NCBI GenBank assembly: GCA_965223905.1
Contig: CBDCXV010000001.1
Span: 1,024,001 to 1,088,000, forward strand
Reading direction: 5' to 3'
DNA length: 64,000 bases
Origin: Candidatus Latescibacterota bacterium
GTDB taxonomy: Bacteria > Latescibacterota > UBA2968 > UBA8231
Shown: one piece after another, positions 40,967-53,133 of the stretch
Numbering within the stretch: position 1 is the first letter of the stretch
Layout of the letters: each line of letters opens with the position of its first letter
Position numbers and translations under genes: made by a program
Notes under the pieces: generated by a model
What the model saw: only the letters and a program-made list of their open reading frames with translations
Told to the model about the DNA's origin: nothing
The model's database searches: none

Positions 40967-41683
40967 TTAAGGGCTCCTTCCTTCAGCAGGCATCCATTCG
41001 GGCAACGCGCCCTCGATCCTGACGGCGAGCCGTTCCGGTCTGGCGGCGTCGGACTCGAGGGCGCGCTCGATCACGAGCAACGCCATCGGGTCGCGGGGCT
41101 GGCGCCCTTCCCGCATCGCCGCGAAGAAACGCAGGTTCTCGTCCTCGACCACGTCCGGTTCCGGTGAAGCTCCGCTGCAGATCAGCAGGCAGACCTCGAG
41201 GCCGCGGCCCTTCGCCGCCTCGAGGGTGAGAGCGGTGTGATTCAGCGTCCCGAGGCCGGGACGGGCGACGACGGCCAGGGCGGCGTTGAGGCGCAGGGCG
41301 AGGTCGGCGTAATCCCGCTTCTCATCGATCGGCACCAGGAGCCCCCCCGAGCCCTCCACCAGGGTGAGGTCGTGGGACGCGGCTACGGACTCGCACTGCC
41401 GCACCAGGGTCTCGAAATCGAGCCGCCGCCCGGCGCGGCGCGCCGCGATCAGGGGCGCCAGCGGCTCCGGGAAAGAGGCCAGCGTCCCCAGGGTCACGTC
41501 CATGCCATGGAGGGCGGCGCGATAGAAGGCCTCGTCGCCGTCGACCTCTGGATCGGCGCCGGTCTGGACCGCCTTTATCAGGGCAACCCTTCCCGCTTGC
41601 GACGCTTTCCACGCCAGCCAGGCGGAAGCGACCGTTTTGCCGACGCCAGTGTCGGTCCCGGTCACGAGAACGACCCTACCCAC
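40967..41683 (-). CDS. bioD: Dethiobiotin synthetase
   Basis: TGTDTGVGKT, KAVQTG, VEGSGGLLVP, LGTLNHT. Confidence 0.95.
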   Translation of the reverse strand: MGRVVLVTGTDTGVGKTVASAWLAWKASQAGRVALIKAVQTGADPEVDGDEAFYRAALHGMDVTLGTLASFPEPLAPLIAARRAGRRLDFETLVRQCESVAASHDLTLVEGSGGLLVPIDEKRDYADLALRLNAALAVVARPGLGTLNHTALTLEAAKGRGLEVCLLICSGASPEPDVVEDENLRFFAAMREGRQPRDPMALLVIERALESDAARPERLAVRIEGALPEWMPAEGRSP

Positions 41684-42857
41684 GGAAGGATTCCATCGCT
41701 GCGACGACCTGCTTCAGGTGCTTCTCTTCGTGAGCCGCGGTGACCCCGAAGCGGATCCGCGACGTCCCCCGGGGAACCGCAGGAGGCCGCACCGCCCGCG
41801 CCAGGATGCCGTGCGCCTTGAGATGCTCCTCGGCGGCGAGGGCGGCGGCTGGCCTGCCGAGGAGCACCGGCACGATCTGCGAGGCGGAGCAGGAGGGTGG
41901 GTAGCCCAGTCGCATCAGCCCGGAGCGCAAGGTTGCCCCGAGGTCGAGGACCCGCTTCCGTCGCCACGGCTCCTCCCGCGCGACATCGAGGGCGGCGGCG
42001 GCCGCGGCCACCGCCGACGGCGGCAGCGCGGTATCGAAGATGAAGGTGCGGGCGCGGTCGATGAGGAAGTCGACGAGGGCCTGGTCGCCGGCGACGAAGC
42101 CGCCGATCGAGCCCAGCGCCTTCGAAAGCGTACCGGTGACGGCGGCCGGGGCGTCGAGATCGAAGCGTCCCAGGAGACCGGAGCCGCCGCCGAAAAGGCC
42201 GATGGCGTGGGCCTCGTCGACGACCAGCATGGCATGGTGGCGCGACGCTGTTTTTCCCAGGGCATCGAGGGGGGCCAGGTCGCCGTCCATGCTGAAGACG
42301 CTCTCGGTCGCGACCAGGCGGCGGCGGGCATGGGTCCGCCGCAGGAGATCGTCGAGGCGGCCGGCGTCGTTGTGCGGGTAGGGGAGAGCGGCCGCTCCCG
42401 ACAGCCTGGCGCCGTCGATGATCGAGGCGTGGGCGCGCTCGTCGTAGAAGATCGCGTCCCCGCTTCCGGCCAGGGCGGAGAGCAGGCCGAGGTTGGCCAT
42501 GTATCCCGAGCTGAACAGCAGGGAGGACTGCCGCCCTGTCATCCGCGCCAGCCGTTCCTGCAGGTCCTCGTGAAGCGGAGTGGAGCCGTGCAGCAGCCGT
42601 GCCGACCCCGCCCCGGCGCCGAAGCGGCCGGCGGCCTCGGCGCCGGCGGCGATCACATCCGGGTGTGACGCAAGCCCCAGGTAATCGTTCGAGGTGAACA
42701 GGACGTATTCGCGGCCGGCGAGGCAGGCCCGGACCCCGGCGCGGCTCTCCGGAGTCACCACCGACCGCCGCAGACCGAGCCGCTCGAGACGGTTGCGCTC
42801 CGAGCGCAGGAAGTCAGCCCAGGGTTGTGGTGGACCGGGCGACGCAGTCGAGCCCAT
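41676..42857 (-). CDS. bioF: 8-amino-7-oxononanoate synthase
   Basis: SNDYLGL, SGYMANL, HASIIDG, ESVFSMDGD, DEAHA, TLSKALG. Confidence 0.95.
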   Translation of the reverse strand: MGSTASPGPPQPWADFLRSERNRLERLGLRRSVVTPESRAGVRACLAGREYVLFTSNDYLGLASHPDVIAAGAEAAGRFGAGAGSARLLHGSTPLHEDLQERLARMTGRQSSLLFSSGYMANLGLLSALAGSGDAIFYDERAHASIIDGARLSGAAALPYPHNDAGRLDDLLRRTHARRRLVATESVFSMDGDLAPLDALGKTASRHHAMLVVDEAHAIGLFGGGSGLLGRFDLDAPAAVTGTLSKALGSIGGFVAGDQALVDFLIDRARTFIFDTALPPSAVAAAAAALDVAREEPWRRKRVLDLGATLRSGLMRLGYPPSCSASQIVPVLLGRPAAALAAEEHLKAHGILARAVRPPAVPRGTSRIRFGVTAAHEEKHLKQVVAAMESFRG

Positions 42858-44166
42858 ACCTCACCGCCTCGCAGATCTGCGCGAGCTCGTTCTCTTCGAT
42901 GGAAAGGGGGGGCATCACCACGACGGTGTCCCCGAGGGGCCGCACGAAGACGCCGCGGTCCCGCGCCCTCATGCAGGCCTTCCACCCCGCCTGCTCAGAA
43001 GCGGGCAGCGACCGTTTGGTGGTGCGGTCGGCGACGATATCGACCGCGGCCATCAACCCCTGCTGGCGAATCTCACCTGCCAGGGGATGCTCGCCGAGCA
43101 CGTCGCGCAGGTTCTCGCCGAGGAAGGAGGCGCGCCTGGCGACCCGCGCGAGGACAGGCTCGCGCTCGAAGATATCGAGACTCGCCAGGGCCGCGGCGCA
43201 GGCGATCGGGTTTCCCCCGTAGGTATGCCCGTGGTAGAGCGTCTTGCCATAGTCGTCCGTATCGTGAAAGGCGTCGTACACCCGCTCGCTAGCCACCGTT
43301 GCCGAGAGGGGCAGGCAGCCGCCGCTGATCCCCTTGCCCAACACCATGATGTCGGGGGTTACTCCTTCGAGGTCGCAGGCGAACATGGCGCCGGTTTTTC
43401 CGAAGCCGGTGGCCACTTCGTCGGCGATGAGCAGCAGATCATGTGAACGGCAGAGGTCGGCGACAAGGCGGAGGTGGCCTTCCGGGGCGACGATCATTCC
43501 CGCCGCACCCTGGACCCGCGGCTCGACGACCACCGCGGCGATCTCCCCGGCGCGCGCCGCGAGGAGACGCTCCAGCGAACCGACGCAGGCGAGGCTGCAG
43601 CCGCTTTCCGGCAAACAGAGGGAACAGCTGAGGGCGTGCGGATTGGCAAACCGCAACGGCTCGAACAGCGCGGCCTCGTACGGCTTGCGGAAGGGACCGT
43701 CGCTCCCCAGCGACGCAGCACCGAGGGTATCGCCGTGGTACGCCATCTCCATTGCGGCGAAGCGGCGGCGCTCGGGCCGGCCGCTGTTGACCCAGAACTG
43801 GAGCGCCATCTTGAGCGCCACCTCGACGGCGCTGGCGCCGTCGGAGCTGTAGAAGAAACGGGTCAGCCCTTTGGGGACGTGGGCGGCGAGCCGCTCCGTG
43901 AGCTCGATCGCCGGGGTATGCCCGGCGCCGAGAAGGGTGCTGTGTTGCAGCCGCTCCGCCTGGCGCCTGATCGCCTCGACGATGTGCGGATGCCCGTGGC
44001 CGTGAACGATCGCCCAGAGCGAGGCCACGCCGTCGATGTACTCACGGCCGTCCCTGTCGATGAGGCGGTTGCCCTCGGCGCGGTCGACGATCAGCCTTGG
44101 CTCGCTGTCGTAGCGAGCCATCGGGGTGAAGGCGTTCCAGATGCCAGCCGGGTGCTCTCCAGTCAC
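42814..44166 (-). CDS. bioA: Adenosylmethionine-8-amino-7-oxononanoate aminotransferase
   Basis: GTG 44166 overlaps the bioB stop. IDGVASLW, GASAVEVALKMA, YHGDT, DEVATGFG, GKGISGG, HGHTYGGNP. Confidence 0.93.
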   Translation of the reverse strand: MTGEHPAGIWNAFTPMARYDSEPRLIVDRAEGNRLIDRDGREYIDGVASLWAIVHGHGHPHIVEAIRRQAERLQHSTLLGAGHTPAIELTERLAAHVPKGLTRFFYSSDGASAVEVALKMALQFWVNSGRPERRRFAAMEMAYHGDTLGAASLGSDGPFRKPYEAALFEPLRFANPHALSCSLCLPESGCSLACVGSLERLLAARAGEIAAVVVEPRVQGAAGMIVAPEGHLRLVADLCRSHDLLLIADEVATGFGKTGAMFACDLEGVTPDIMVLGKGISGGCLPLSATVASERVYDAFHDTDDYGKTLYHGHTYGGNPIACAAALASLDIFEREPVLARVARRASFLGENLRDVLGEHPLAGEIRQQGLMAAVDIVADRTTKRSLPASEQAGWKACMRARDRGVFVRPLGDTVVVMPPLSIEENELAQICEAVRYGLDCVARSTTTLG

Positions 44167-45155
44167 GCCTCTTCGACCTCGAACCCCATGTCCTCGATCA
44201 TCTGCAGCGCCTCCCTGGTGCCCTGACCAGGGGTGGTGAGGTAGCCCTCGACGAAAATCGAGTTCGCCGCGTACAGCGCCAGCGGCTGCAGCGACCGCAG
44301 GTGCAGCTCGCGCCCGCCGGCGACGCGGATCTCGCGGTGGGGATGCAGCAGACGCGCCAGGCAGAGGATCCGCAGGCAGTGGAGGGGGGTCAGCCTCCAC
44401 GTCCCCTCGAGCGGTGTGCCGGAGATGGGATGGAGGAAGTTGACCGGTATCGACCGCGGATCGAGGTCGCGGAGCGCCATGAGGACCTCGATCACGTCCT
44501 CGTCCGTTTCGCCCATACCGAAGATCGCACCGCTGCAGAGGTCGAGCCCGGCCTTGCGCGCGGCCTGCAGGGTCTTCACCCGGTCGCTGTAGCCGTGGGT
44601 GGTGACGATGCTGGGAGTGAACCGCTCGCTGGTATTCAGGTTGTGGTTCAGCTGGTCGACCCCGGCTTCCTTCAGCGCCCGGGCTTTCTCCTCGTCGAGC
44701 AGTCCGACACAGGCGCATATCCCGATATCGACCTCGTCGCGGATGTTGCGCACGGCGTCGGCCAGGTATTCCACCTCGCGCCAGGATGCCCCCCGTCCGC
44801 TTGTGACGATGCAGAAACGCTTGGCCCGCGAGCGCTTGGCTGCGCGCGCCTCTTCGAGCAGCTGCTCCTGGCTCACCATGGGGTATTTCTCGATGGCCGC
44901 CTCCGAGACCCGCGATTGCGAGCAGTAGCCGCAGTCCTCGGGACAGAGACCGCTTTTGGCGTTCATCAGGACATGCAGGTGCACCTTGTCGCCACAGAAG
45001 CGGCGGCGCACCCGGTAGGTCTCGGCGAGCAGGGCGGGAACCTCGCTGTCCGGGGAGCCGAGAACCGCGGCGCACTCGGCGTGCGTCAGTGGGTCGCCGG
45101 CGATCGCCTTGTCAGCGAGAGCTGGGAAGCCGGGAACGGTGGAAGTCGTAACCAT
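44163..45155 (-). CDS. bioB: Biotin synthase
   Basis: Radical SAM CPEDCGYCSQS, NHNLNT, CSGAIFGMGE, PVNFL, IRVAGGR, YLTT. Confidence 0.96.
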   Translation of the reverse strand: MVTTSTVPGFPALADKAIAGDPLTHAECAAVLGSPDSEVPALLAETYRVRRRFCGDKVHLHVLMNAKSGLCPEDCGYCSQSRVSEAAIEKYPMVSQEQLLEEARAAKRSRAKRFCIVTSGRGASWREVEYLADAVRNIRDEVDIGICACVGLLDEEKARALKEAGVDQLNHNLNTSERFTPSIVTTHGYSDRVKTLQAARKAGLDLCSGAIFGMGETDEDVIEVLMALRDLDPRSIPVNFLHPISGTPLEGTWRLTPLHCLRILCLARLLHPHREIRVAGGRELHLRSLQPLALYAANSIFVEGYLTTPGQGTREALQMIEDMGFEVEEA

Positions 45156-45156
45156 T

Positions 45157-45201
45157 TAAAAGTGTGTCCTGTAAAGTGTGTCCTGTAAAAGTGTGTCCTG
45201 T
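45157..45201. repeat. Triple tandem repeat TAAA(A)GTGTGTCCTG directly upstream of bioB
   Basis: Units at 45157-45171, 45172-45185 and 45186-45200, differing only in A-run length. Confidence 0.92.
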
Positions 45202-45232
45202 TGGTAATGTTGCAGGATATGGCGGGATGCCT

Positions 45233-46468
45233 TCAGGGCGCGGGGGCCGAAAAGAGGAGGACGGCGTTGTGGCCGCCAAAGCCGAACGAGTTCGACAGCA
45301 CCCGTGCGAGCGGCCTTCGGAGCGCCTCGCCGCGCACGCAGGCGATCCCCATTCCGTCGATGCTCTCGCAATTGATCGTCGGCGGGACGGACCCCGACTC
45401 GACAGCCATGACCGCGGCGACCGCCTGGGCCGCTCCTGAGGCGGCGAGCATGTGCCCGGTCATCGACTTGATCGCGGTCACCGGGATGGTGCCGAGCGCT
45501 TCCCCGAGCGAGGCGTCCAAGGCGCGAACCTCGGCGTCGTCGCCGGCCCGGGTACCGGCTGCGTGGGCGAAGATCGCGCTGACCTCGCGAGGTCCGGTTC
45601 CGGACTTCTCCAGTGCCCGGGCGATGGCCTTCGCCGCGGCCGCACCGTTCGGTTCCGGCCGCGTTTCGTGCACCCCGTCGGTAGTTGCGCCGTACCCGGA
45701 GAGTTCGGCGTAGACGCGGGCGCCCCGTCTTCTGGCATGATCCAGCTCCTCGAGAACGAGGACTGCGGCACCCTCGGCGAGCACGAATCCGTCCCGGTCG
45801 CGGTCGAAAGGGCGGCAGGCACGCTGCGGCTCGGCGTTGCGCCGCGACAGCGCTCCGAGGGCGTGGTCGCCGGCCAGGGTCAACGGCGTTATGCAGGCCT
45901 CGGCGGCGCCGGCGACCATCACGTCGGCATCCCCCCTGCGGATGACCTCGGAAGCCTCGCCGAGGGCGTGGCCGCCGGTGGCGCACGCGGAGGAGAGGGC
46001 GAAGCCAGGGCCGCGGAGGTCGAGCAGCATCGCCGCCTGGGCAGCGGCCATGTTGTTGAGCATGCGCGGGATCAGCAAGGGACTCGCGGCTTTCGGACCG
46101 AGGATCGGACCGAGGGCGGCCGCGGCCTGGAGGGTGGTGTTCTCGCCGCCGTGGCTTGAGCCGAGCACGATCCCCGACTCGTCCGGATCGTGCGCTTCGA
46201 TTCCGGCGTCGCGCCAGGCCTGCAACGCCGCTCCGACCCCGAACAGGGCGTACCTGTCGAGGCGCCGGGCCCGCCTGCGGTCGATTTCGGCAGGCAGCGT
46301 GAATCCCGTGACCTCGCCGGCGATGCGCACCGGGAAGGCCCCGGCATCGAAGAGGGTGATCGGACCGACCCCTGACTGCCCGGCGCACAGTCGGTCCCAG
46401 AAACGGGCGGCACCGGAACCGAGTGGAGTCACAGCGCCCAGACCTGTGACGACGACCCGCCGGCTCAT
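45233..46468 (-). CDS. FabF-like beta-ketoacyl-ACP synthase in the biotin operon
   Basis: ATG 46468 (MSRRVVVTGLG). SACATG, RPFDRDRDGFVLAEGA, FAHAAGT, KSMTGH, SNSFGFGGHN. Confidence 0.92.
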   Translation of the reverse strand: MSRRVVVTGLGAVTPLGSGAARFWDRLCAGQSGVGPITLFDAGAFPVRIAGEVTGFTLPAEIDRRRARRLDRYALFGVGAALQAWRDAGIEAHDPDESGIVLGSSHGGENTTLQAAAALGPILGPKAASPLLIPRMLNNMAAAQAAMLLDLRGPGFALSSACATGGHALGEASEVIRRGDADVMVAGAAEACITPLTLAGDHALGALSRRNAEPQRACRPFDRDRDGFVLAEGAAVLVLEELDHARRRGARVYAELSGYGATTDGVHETRPEPNGAAAAKAIARALEKSGTGPREVSAIFAHAAGTRAGDDAEVRALDASLGEALGTIPVTAIKSMTGHMLAASGAAQAVAAVMAVESGSVPPTINCESIDGMGIACVRGEALRRPLARVLSNSFGFGGHNAVLLFSAPAP

Positions 46469-46826
46469 GGTGTCACTGCCTCTGGTGCCTCCTGCCGGCC
46501 AACCCGGATGCGGCAACGGAAAGCGAGGCATTCCCGCGCAACGGTTCGGGGCGAAGCGTTTCAACGCCCTTCAGGGGGTACGCGCCCCAGGCAGAATCCC
46601 TGCGCCGCCCCGGGTCGGCCGGGGGGCCGGAGCCCTGGGGAGTGAAGCCCTCGGCACTGTGGCCGCGGTGGCGGCTGCGAACCGGAGCAGACCTGCGGAA
46701 TCCTTCGACGGATCGATCAGACCTTTTGGCAGCTCGGTTTTTTCCGGTCATACCGAGAATATACACCGGCTGAAGGAGTTCTGTTCGCCGGTAAACGGGG
46801 GCCGCCGGAGAGGCCGACCATCCCGC

Positions 46827-46855
46827 TTGACAGCCTGATGATGCCGCCTTAGCCT
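46827..46855 (+). promoter_or_regulatory. Sigma70-type promoter of the nqr operon
   Basis: TTGACA, 17 bp spacer, TAGCCT, 65 bp upstream of nqrA. Confidence 0.55.
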
Positions 46856-46866
46856 GTAAGGCTTGA

Positions 46867-48272
<1,406 letters not shown>

Positions 48273-48273
<1 letters not shown>

Positions 48274-49484
48274 TGAAGCTGCTCAGAGACCTGCTCGACC
48301 AGGCGGCGCCGCTTTTCGAGCGCGGCGGCCGGCTCGAACGCCTTTACCCGGCGTACGAGGCGGCCGACACGTTTCTGTACACGCCGGGAGAGGTCACCCG
48401 GGGCGCTTCACACGTGCGCGACTCCCTCGACCTCAAGCGCATGATGATAACCGTCGTGGTCGCCCTGGTTCCCTGTATCTTCATGGCGATGTGGAACACA
48501 GGGTACCAGGCCAACCTGGCGCTGGCGGAGATGGGGCTGACCTCGGCGGGCGGGTGGCGCGGGGTCGTCATCGACGTCCTCGAGATCGGCTACGATCCCG
48601 GCAACATCATCGCCAACCTGCTCCACGGAGCCCTCTACTTCATTCCGGTCTTTCTCGTCTGCAACATCGTGGGGGGGACCTGGGAGGCGCTGTTTTCGAT
48701 CATACGCCGCCACGAGATCAACGAGGGCTTCCTGGTTACGGGGATGCTGTTTCCCCTGACCCTGCCGCCGACGATTCCGCTATGGCAGGTGGCGATCGGC
48801 ATCAGCTTCGGCGTCGTCATCGGCAAGGAGATTTTCGGGGGCACCGGCAAGAACTTTCTCAACCCGGCCCTGACCGCGAGGGCGTTTCTGTATTTCGCCT
48901 ACCCGGTGGAGATCACCGGTGACAAGATCTGGGTCGCCGTCGACGGCTACTCCTACGCGACCCCGCTGGGCAAGGTTCCCGCCGACGGCATCGGCGCCCT
49001 GAGCGCGACGTCGCTGTGGGACGCCTTCCTCGGGACCATTCCCGGATCGATGGGGGAGACCTCCTTTCTCGCCTGCGCCATCGGCGCCGCCATCCTGATC
49101 GCAACCAAGATCGGCTCGTGGCGGATCATGCTGGGAATGGCCCTGACCACCCTGGTCTTCGGCTGGCTGATGACCCTGGTCGAAAGCGATACCAACCCGA
49201 TGTTCGCCATGAGCCCGCTGTGGCACCTGTTCCTCGGCGGTTTCGCCTTCGGTTGCGTGTACATGGCGACCGATCCGGTGTCGGCGGCGTTCACGAACCG
49301 CGGCAAGTGGTTCTACGGTGGCCTGATCGGGGCGATGACGATCCTGATCCGCGTCGTCAATCCCGCCTTTCCCGAGGGGGTGATGCTGGCGATCCTGTTC
49401 GGCAACGTGTTCGCCCCCGTTATCGACTATTTCGTGGTACAGGCCAACATCAAGCGGCGCCTGTTGCGAGCGGCTGCCGGTTGA
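48273..49484 (+). CDS. nqrB: Na+-NQR subunit B
   Basis: [33 protein letters not shown] site SYATPL, MATDPVS. Confidence 0.96.
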
Positions 49485-49506
49485 GCCAGGGAGGCGAGCG
49501 AGCACC

Positions 49507-50286
49507 GTGCCCAAAGAGACCATCGGCAAGACCTTCTTCGTCGCCGCGGCCCTGTGCGTGATCTGCTCCGTTCTCGTTTCCACCGCGGCGGTGACGCTGC
49601 GTCCGACCCAGGGGGTCAACAAGCTCCTCGACAAGAAACGGAACATCCTGACCGCCGCCGGCCTCTTCGACGAGAGCAGGCCGATCGACGAGCTGTTCGA
49701 GAGCATCGAGGAGAAGGTCGTCGATCTCGCCAGCGGCGAATACGTCGACATCGACCCGGACGAATACGATCAGCGCAACGCCGCCCGCGACCCGGACCAG
49801 AGCGTCGCCATCCCGGCCAAGCGAGACCCGGCAGGCATCAAGCGCCGCGCCGAGTTCGCCGCCGTCTACCTCGTGTACAGGAAGGGTGAGGTCGACAAGG
49901 TCATCCTGCCGGTACACGGCAAGGGACTGTGGTCGACCCTCTACGGTTTCCTCGCTATCGACATCGAGGACGTCAATACCATCCGCAGTCTCGTATACTA
50001 TGAGCACGGGGAGACCCCGGGCCTCGGGGGCGAGGTCGACAACCCCCGCTGGAAAGCGCTGTGGAACGGCAAGCGGGCCTTCGACGAGGAGGGCATGGTC
50101 GCAATCGAGGTGGTCCGCGGGGTGGTCGACGCCAACAGTCCGAAAGCGGTCTACCAGGTCGACGGGCTTTCCGGCGCGACGATAACCTCGCGCGGAGTGA
50201 GCAACACCCTTAGGTACTGGTTGGGCGAGGACGGGTACGGCCCCTTCCTCGATCGCCTGAAGGAAAAAGGAGCTGCCCATGGGTAA
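49507..50286 (+). CDS. nqrC: Na+-NQR subunit C
   Basis: [16 protein letters not shown] and FMN site [10 protein letters not shown]. Confidence 0.95.
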   Translation: MPKETIGKTFFVAAALCVICSVLVSTAAVTLRPTQGVNKLLDKKRNILTAAGLFDESRPIDELFESIEEKVVDLASGEYVDIDPDEYDQRNAARDPDQSVAIPAKRDPAGIKRRAEFAAVYLVYRKGEVDKVILPVHGKGLWSTLYGFLAIDIEDVNTIRSLVYYEHGETPGLGGEVDNPRWKALWNGKRAFDEEGMVAIEVVRGVVDANSPKAVYQVDGLSGATITSRGVSNTLRYWLGEDGYGPFLDRLKEKGAAHG

Positions 50287-50905
50287 AGCCAGGGAAACGC
50301 TGCTGCATCCCGTTCTGGACGATAACCCGATCGCCCTGCAGATCCTGGGGATCTGTTCTGCTCTGGCAGTGACCAGCAAGCTCGAGACCTCGGTCACCAT
50401 GTGCCTGGCGGTGATCTTCGTCCTCGTTTTTTCGAATGCCGCGGTCAGCCTCATCCGCGCCCACATTCCGACCAACATCCGCATCATCGTTCAGATGACG
50501 ATCATCGCCTCGCTGGTCATCATAGTCGATCAGTTTCTCCGCGCCTACGCGTTCGATATCAGCAAACAGCTGTCGGTCTTCGTCGGCCTAATCATCACCA
50601 ACTGTATCGTGATGGGCCGCGCCGAGGCGTTCGCGATGAAGAACGGCCTCTTCATGAGCATGCTCGACGGGCTCGGCAACGCCCTGGGTTACAGTCTCAT
50701 TCTCCTGGTGGTAGGGGTGTGCCGGGAGTTGTTCGGCTCCGGAAAGCTTTTCGGAGTCGAGGTGTTCGGGCTCGCGACGGAAGGTGGTTGGTACGCTCCC
50801 AACGGGCTGATGCTCCTGCCTCCGAGCGCTTTTTTCATAATCGGCGTCTTCATCTGGGTCCTGCGTTCGTTCAAGACCAAACAGATTGAGAAGGAGGGTT
50901 TCTGA
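50279..50905 (+). CDS. nqrD: Na+-NQR subunit D
   Basis: [35 protein letters not shown]. Confidence 0.96.
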   Translation: MGKARETLLHPVLDDNPIALQILGICSALAVTSKLETSVTMCLAVIFVLVFSNAAVSLIRAHIPTNIRIIVQMTIIASLVIIVDQFLRAYAFDISKQLSVFVGLIITNCIVMGRAEAFAMKNGLFMSMLDGLGNALGYSLILLVVGVCRELFGSGKLFGVEVFGLATEGGWYAPNGLMLLPPSAFFIIGVFIWVLRSFKTKQIEKEGF

Positions 50906-51516
50906 TGCTCGAAGCCTACCTCAACCTGTTCGTGAAAGCGGTGTTCGTCGAGAACATCGCACTCGCCTTTTTCCTCGGGATGTGCACTTTCCTGGCGGTG
51001 TCGAAGCGGGTCTCGACTGCGTTCGGCCTGGGGGTTGCCGTGGTCGTTGTGCAGGGCATCACCGTCCCGATCAACAACCTGGTGTACCAGCACCTGCTCA
51101 AGGCGGACGCGCTGGCCTGGGCGGGGCTCACGGGAGTGGATCTCACTTTCGTCGGCCTGATCAGCTACATCGGGGTGATTGCCGCCAGCGTCCAGATCCT
51201 CGAGATGTTCCTCGACAAGTACGTCCCCTCGCTTTACAACGCCCTCGGCATCTTCCTGCCGCTTATAACCGTCAACTGCGCCATACTCGGCGGCTCGCTT
51301 TTCATGGTCGAGCGCGACTACGACTTCGGCGAGAGCGTGATCTTCGGACTCGGCTCGGGAGTCGGGTGGGCGCTGGCGATCGTCGCCCTGGCCGGAATTC
51401 GCGAAAAGCTCAAGTACAGCGACGTACCTCCGGGGCTGCGCGGCCTGGGTATCACCTTCATGACGGTCGGGCTGATGGCGATGGCGTTCATGGCCTTCTC
51501 GGGTATTCAACTGTAA
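50905..51516 (+). CDS. nqrE: Na+-NQR subunit E
   Basis: [35 protein letters not shown]. Confidence 0.96.
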   Translation: MLEAYLNLFVKAVFVENIALAFFLGMCTFLAVSKRVSTAFGLGVAVVVVQGITVPINNLVYQHLLKADALAWAGLTGVDLTFVGLISYIGVIAASVQILEMFLDKYVPSLYNALGIFLPLITVNCAILGGSLFMVERDYDFGESVIFGLGSGVGWALAIVALAGIREKLKYSDVPPGLRGLGITFMTVGLMAMAFMAFSGIQL

Positions 51517-51552
51517 TGGAACAGACCCCTTTTTTACGGACAGTTCGCTGCC

Positions 51553-52794
51553 ATGACTGAGATCGTCTCCGGGGCAGGAATGTTCACCGGCGTCGTCATC
51601 GTGCTGGTGGGGATCATCCTGGTTGCCCGGTCGAAGCTCGTTGCCACCGGCGACGTGCGCATCCTGATCAACGACGACGAAGACCGCTCGCTCACCATAC
51701 CGGCCGGCGGCAAGCTGCTCAACGTCCTCGCCGACAACGAGATCTACGTTTCCTCGGCCTGCGGCGGCGGCGGCACCTGTGCCCAGTGCCGGGTCAAGGT
51801 GCACGATGGGGGCGGGGAAATCCTGGCCACCGAGCTCGAGCACGTAACCCGCCGCGAGGCGCGCGACGGGGATCGCCTCTCCTGCCAGGTCACCGTCAAG
51901 CAGGACATGAAGATCGAGGTTCCTGCCGAGGTCTTCTCGGTGCGGCGCTGGGAGTGCGAGGTGGTGTCGAACGAAAACGTCGCCACCTTCATCAAGGAGC
52001 TCGTGTTGAAGCTGCCCGAGGGGGAGATCCTCGATTTCGAGTCCGGCGGCTTCATCCAGATCGAGGTGCCCCCGTTCGAGTGCAGCTTCCGCGAATTCGA
52101 GGTCGACGAGCGCTTCCATGAAGACTGGGACCGGTTCAACGTCTGGAACCTTCGCACCGTCAATCAGGACCCGGTCTTCCGCGCCTACTCGATGGCCAAC
52201 CACCCGGCCGAGGGGAACATGATGATGCTCAACATCCGCATCGCCACCCCGCCTGTCGACCGCGCAACCGGAACCTGGCAAAAGGTGAATCCCGGTTTAG
52301 TCTCGTCCTACACCTTCAAGCTGAAACCGGGGGACAAGGTGACGATCTCCGGGCCCTACGGGGAGTTCTACATCCAGGATACCGACCGCGAGATGGTCTA
52401 CATCGGCGGCGGCGCCGGTATGGCCCCGTTGCGCTCCCACATATTCCATCTGTTCCACACCTTGCAGACGAAACGCAAGGTCTCGTACTGGTACGGGGCG
52501 CGCTCGAGCAAGGAGCTGTTCTACGAAGAGCACTTCCTCGACATCGAGAGGAACTTCCCGAATTTCACATGGCACGTGGCGATGTCGGAGCCTTTGCCCG
52601 AAGACAACTGGGCCGGGCACACCGGGTTCATCCACCAGGTGGTGCTCGAGGAATATCTGAGCAAGCACCCGGCTCCCGAAGACGTCGAGTACTACCTGTG
52701 CGGCCCGCCGATGATGTTGCAGGCGGTGCTGCGCATGCTCGACGATCTGGGCGTCGAAGAGGAGATGATCCGCTTCGACGACTTCGGTTCCTAG
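51553..52794 (+). CDS. nqrF: Na+-NQR subunit F
   Basis: [10 protein letters not shown] [2Fe-2S], [31 protein letters not shown]. Confidence 0.96.
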   Translation: MTEIVSGAGMFTGVVIVLVGIILVARSKLVATGDVRILINDDEDRSLTIPAGGKLLNVLADNEIYVSSACGGGGTCAQCRVKVHDGGGEILATELEHVTRREARDGDRLSCQVTVKQDMKIEVPAEVFSVRRWECEVVSNENVATFIKELVLKLPEGEILDFESGGFIQIEVPPFECSFREFEVDERFHEDWDRFNVWNLRTVNQDPVFRAYSMANHPAEGNMMMLNIRIATPPVDRATGTWQKVNPGLVSSYTFKLKPGDKVTISGPYGEFYIQDTDREMVYIGGGAGMAPLRSHIFHLFHTLQTKRKVSYWYGARSSKELFYEEHFLDIERNFPNFTWHVAMSEPLPEDNWAGHTGFIHQVVLEEYLSKHPAPEDVEYYLCGPPMMLQAVLRMLDDLGVEEEMIRFDDFGS

Positions 52795-52893
52795 GTGCCG
52801 CTGCCCCCCGGAAAAACGGGATTCGCCAACCCGGGACGACAGCCGCCCGGTCCGAAAACGTCGCGCGCATCCCGCCGCGGCAGGTGAGGTTCG

Positions 52894-53133
52894 ATGGACA
52901 CATTCCTCTCAGCCCTCGTGGTTTTCGCGCTCGTCGTCGCTGCAATGGCGGTCGGGGTCATACTCGGCAACCGCGCCATCAAGGGTTCGTGCGGCGGCCT
53001 GGGCGCCATGTGCGACGAGCTCGGGCAGCCGATGTGCGAGTGCGGAGCCGGAGAAGGGGATGCCTGCGCCGGTGGCCGGGAAGGCTCCGTGTACCGACCT
53101 CGGCTCGAGGCAGGAGAGGTGGTCGGCCGGTAG
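52894..53133 (+). CDS. nqrM: Na+-NQR maturation protein NqrM (DUF539)
   Basis: TM helix followed by IKGSCGGL and further Cys residues; downstream of nqrF. Confidence 0.85.
   Translation: MDTFLSALVVFALVVAAMAVGVILGNRAIKGSCGGLGAMCDELGQPMCECGAGEGDACAGGREGSVYRPRLEAGEVVGR

Noticed and set aside
42814-45075. 753-aa BioB-BioA-like fusion
   Set aside because: bioB is in a different frame and bioA starts at GTG 44166.
45157-45201. CRISPR array or canonical BirA operator
   Set aside because: Units are contiguous without spacers and form direct, not inverted, repeats; no cas genes in the window.
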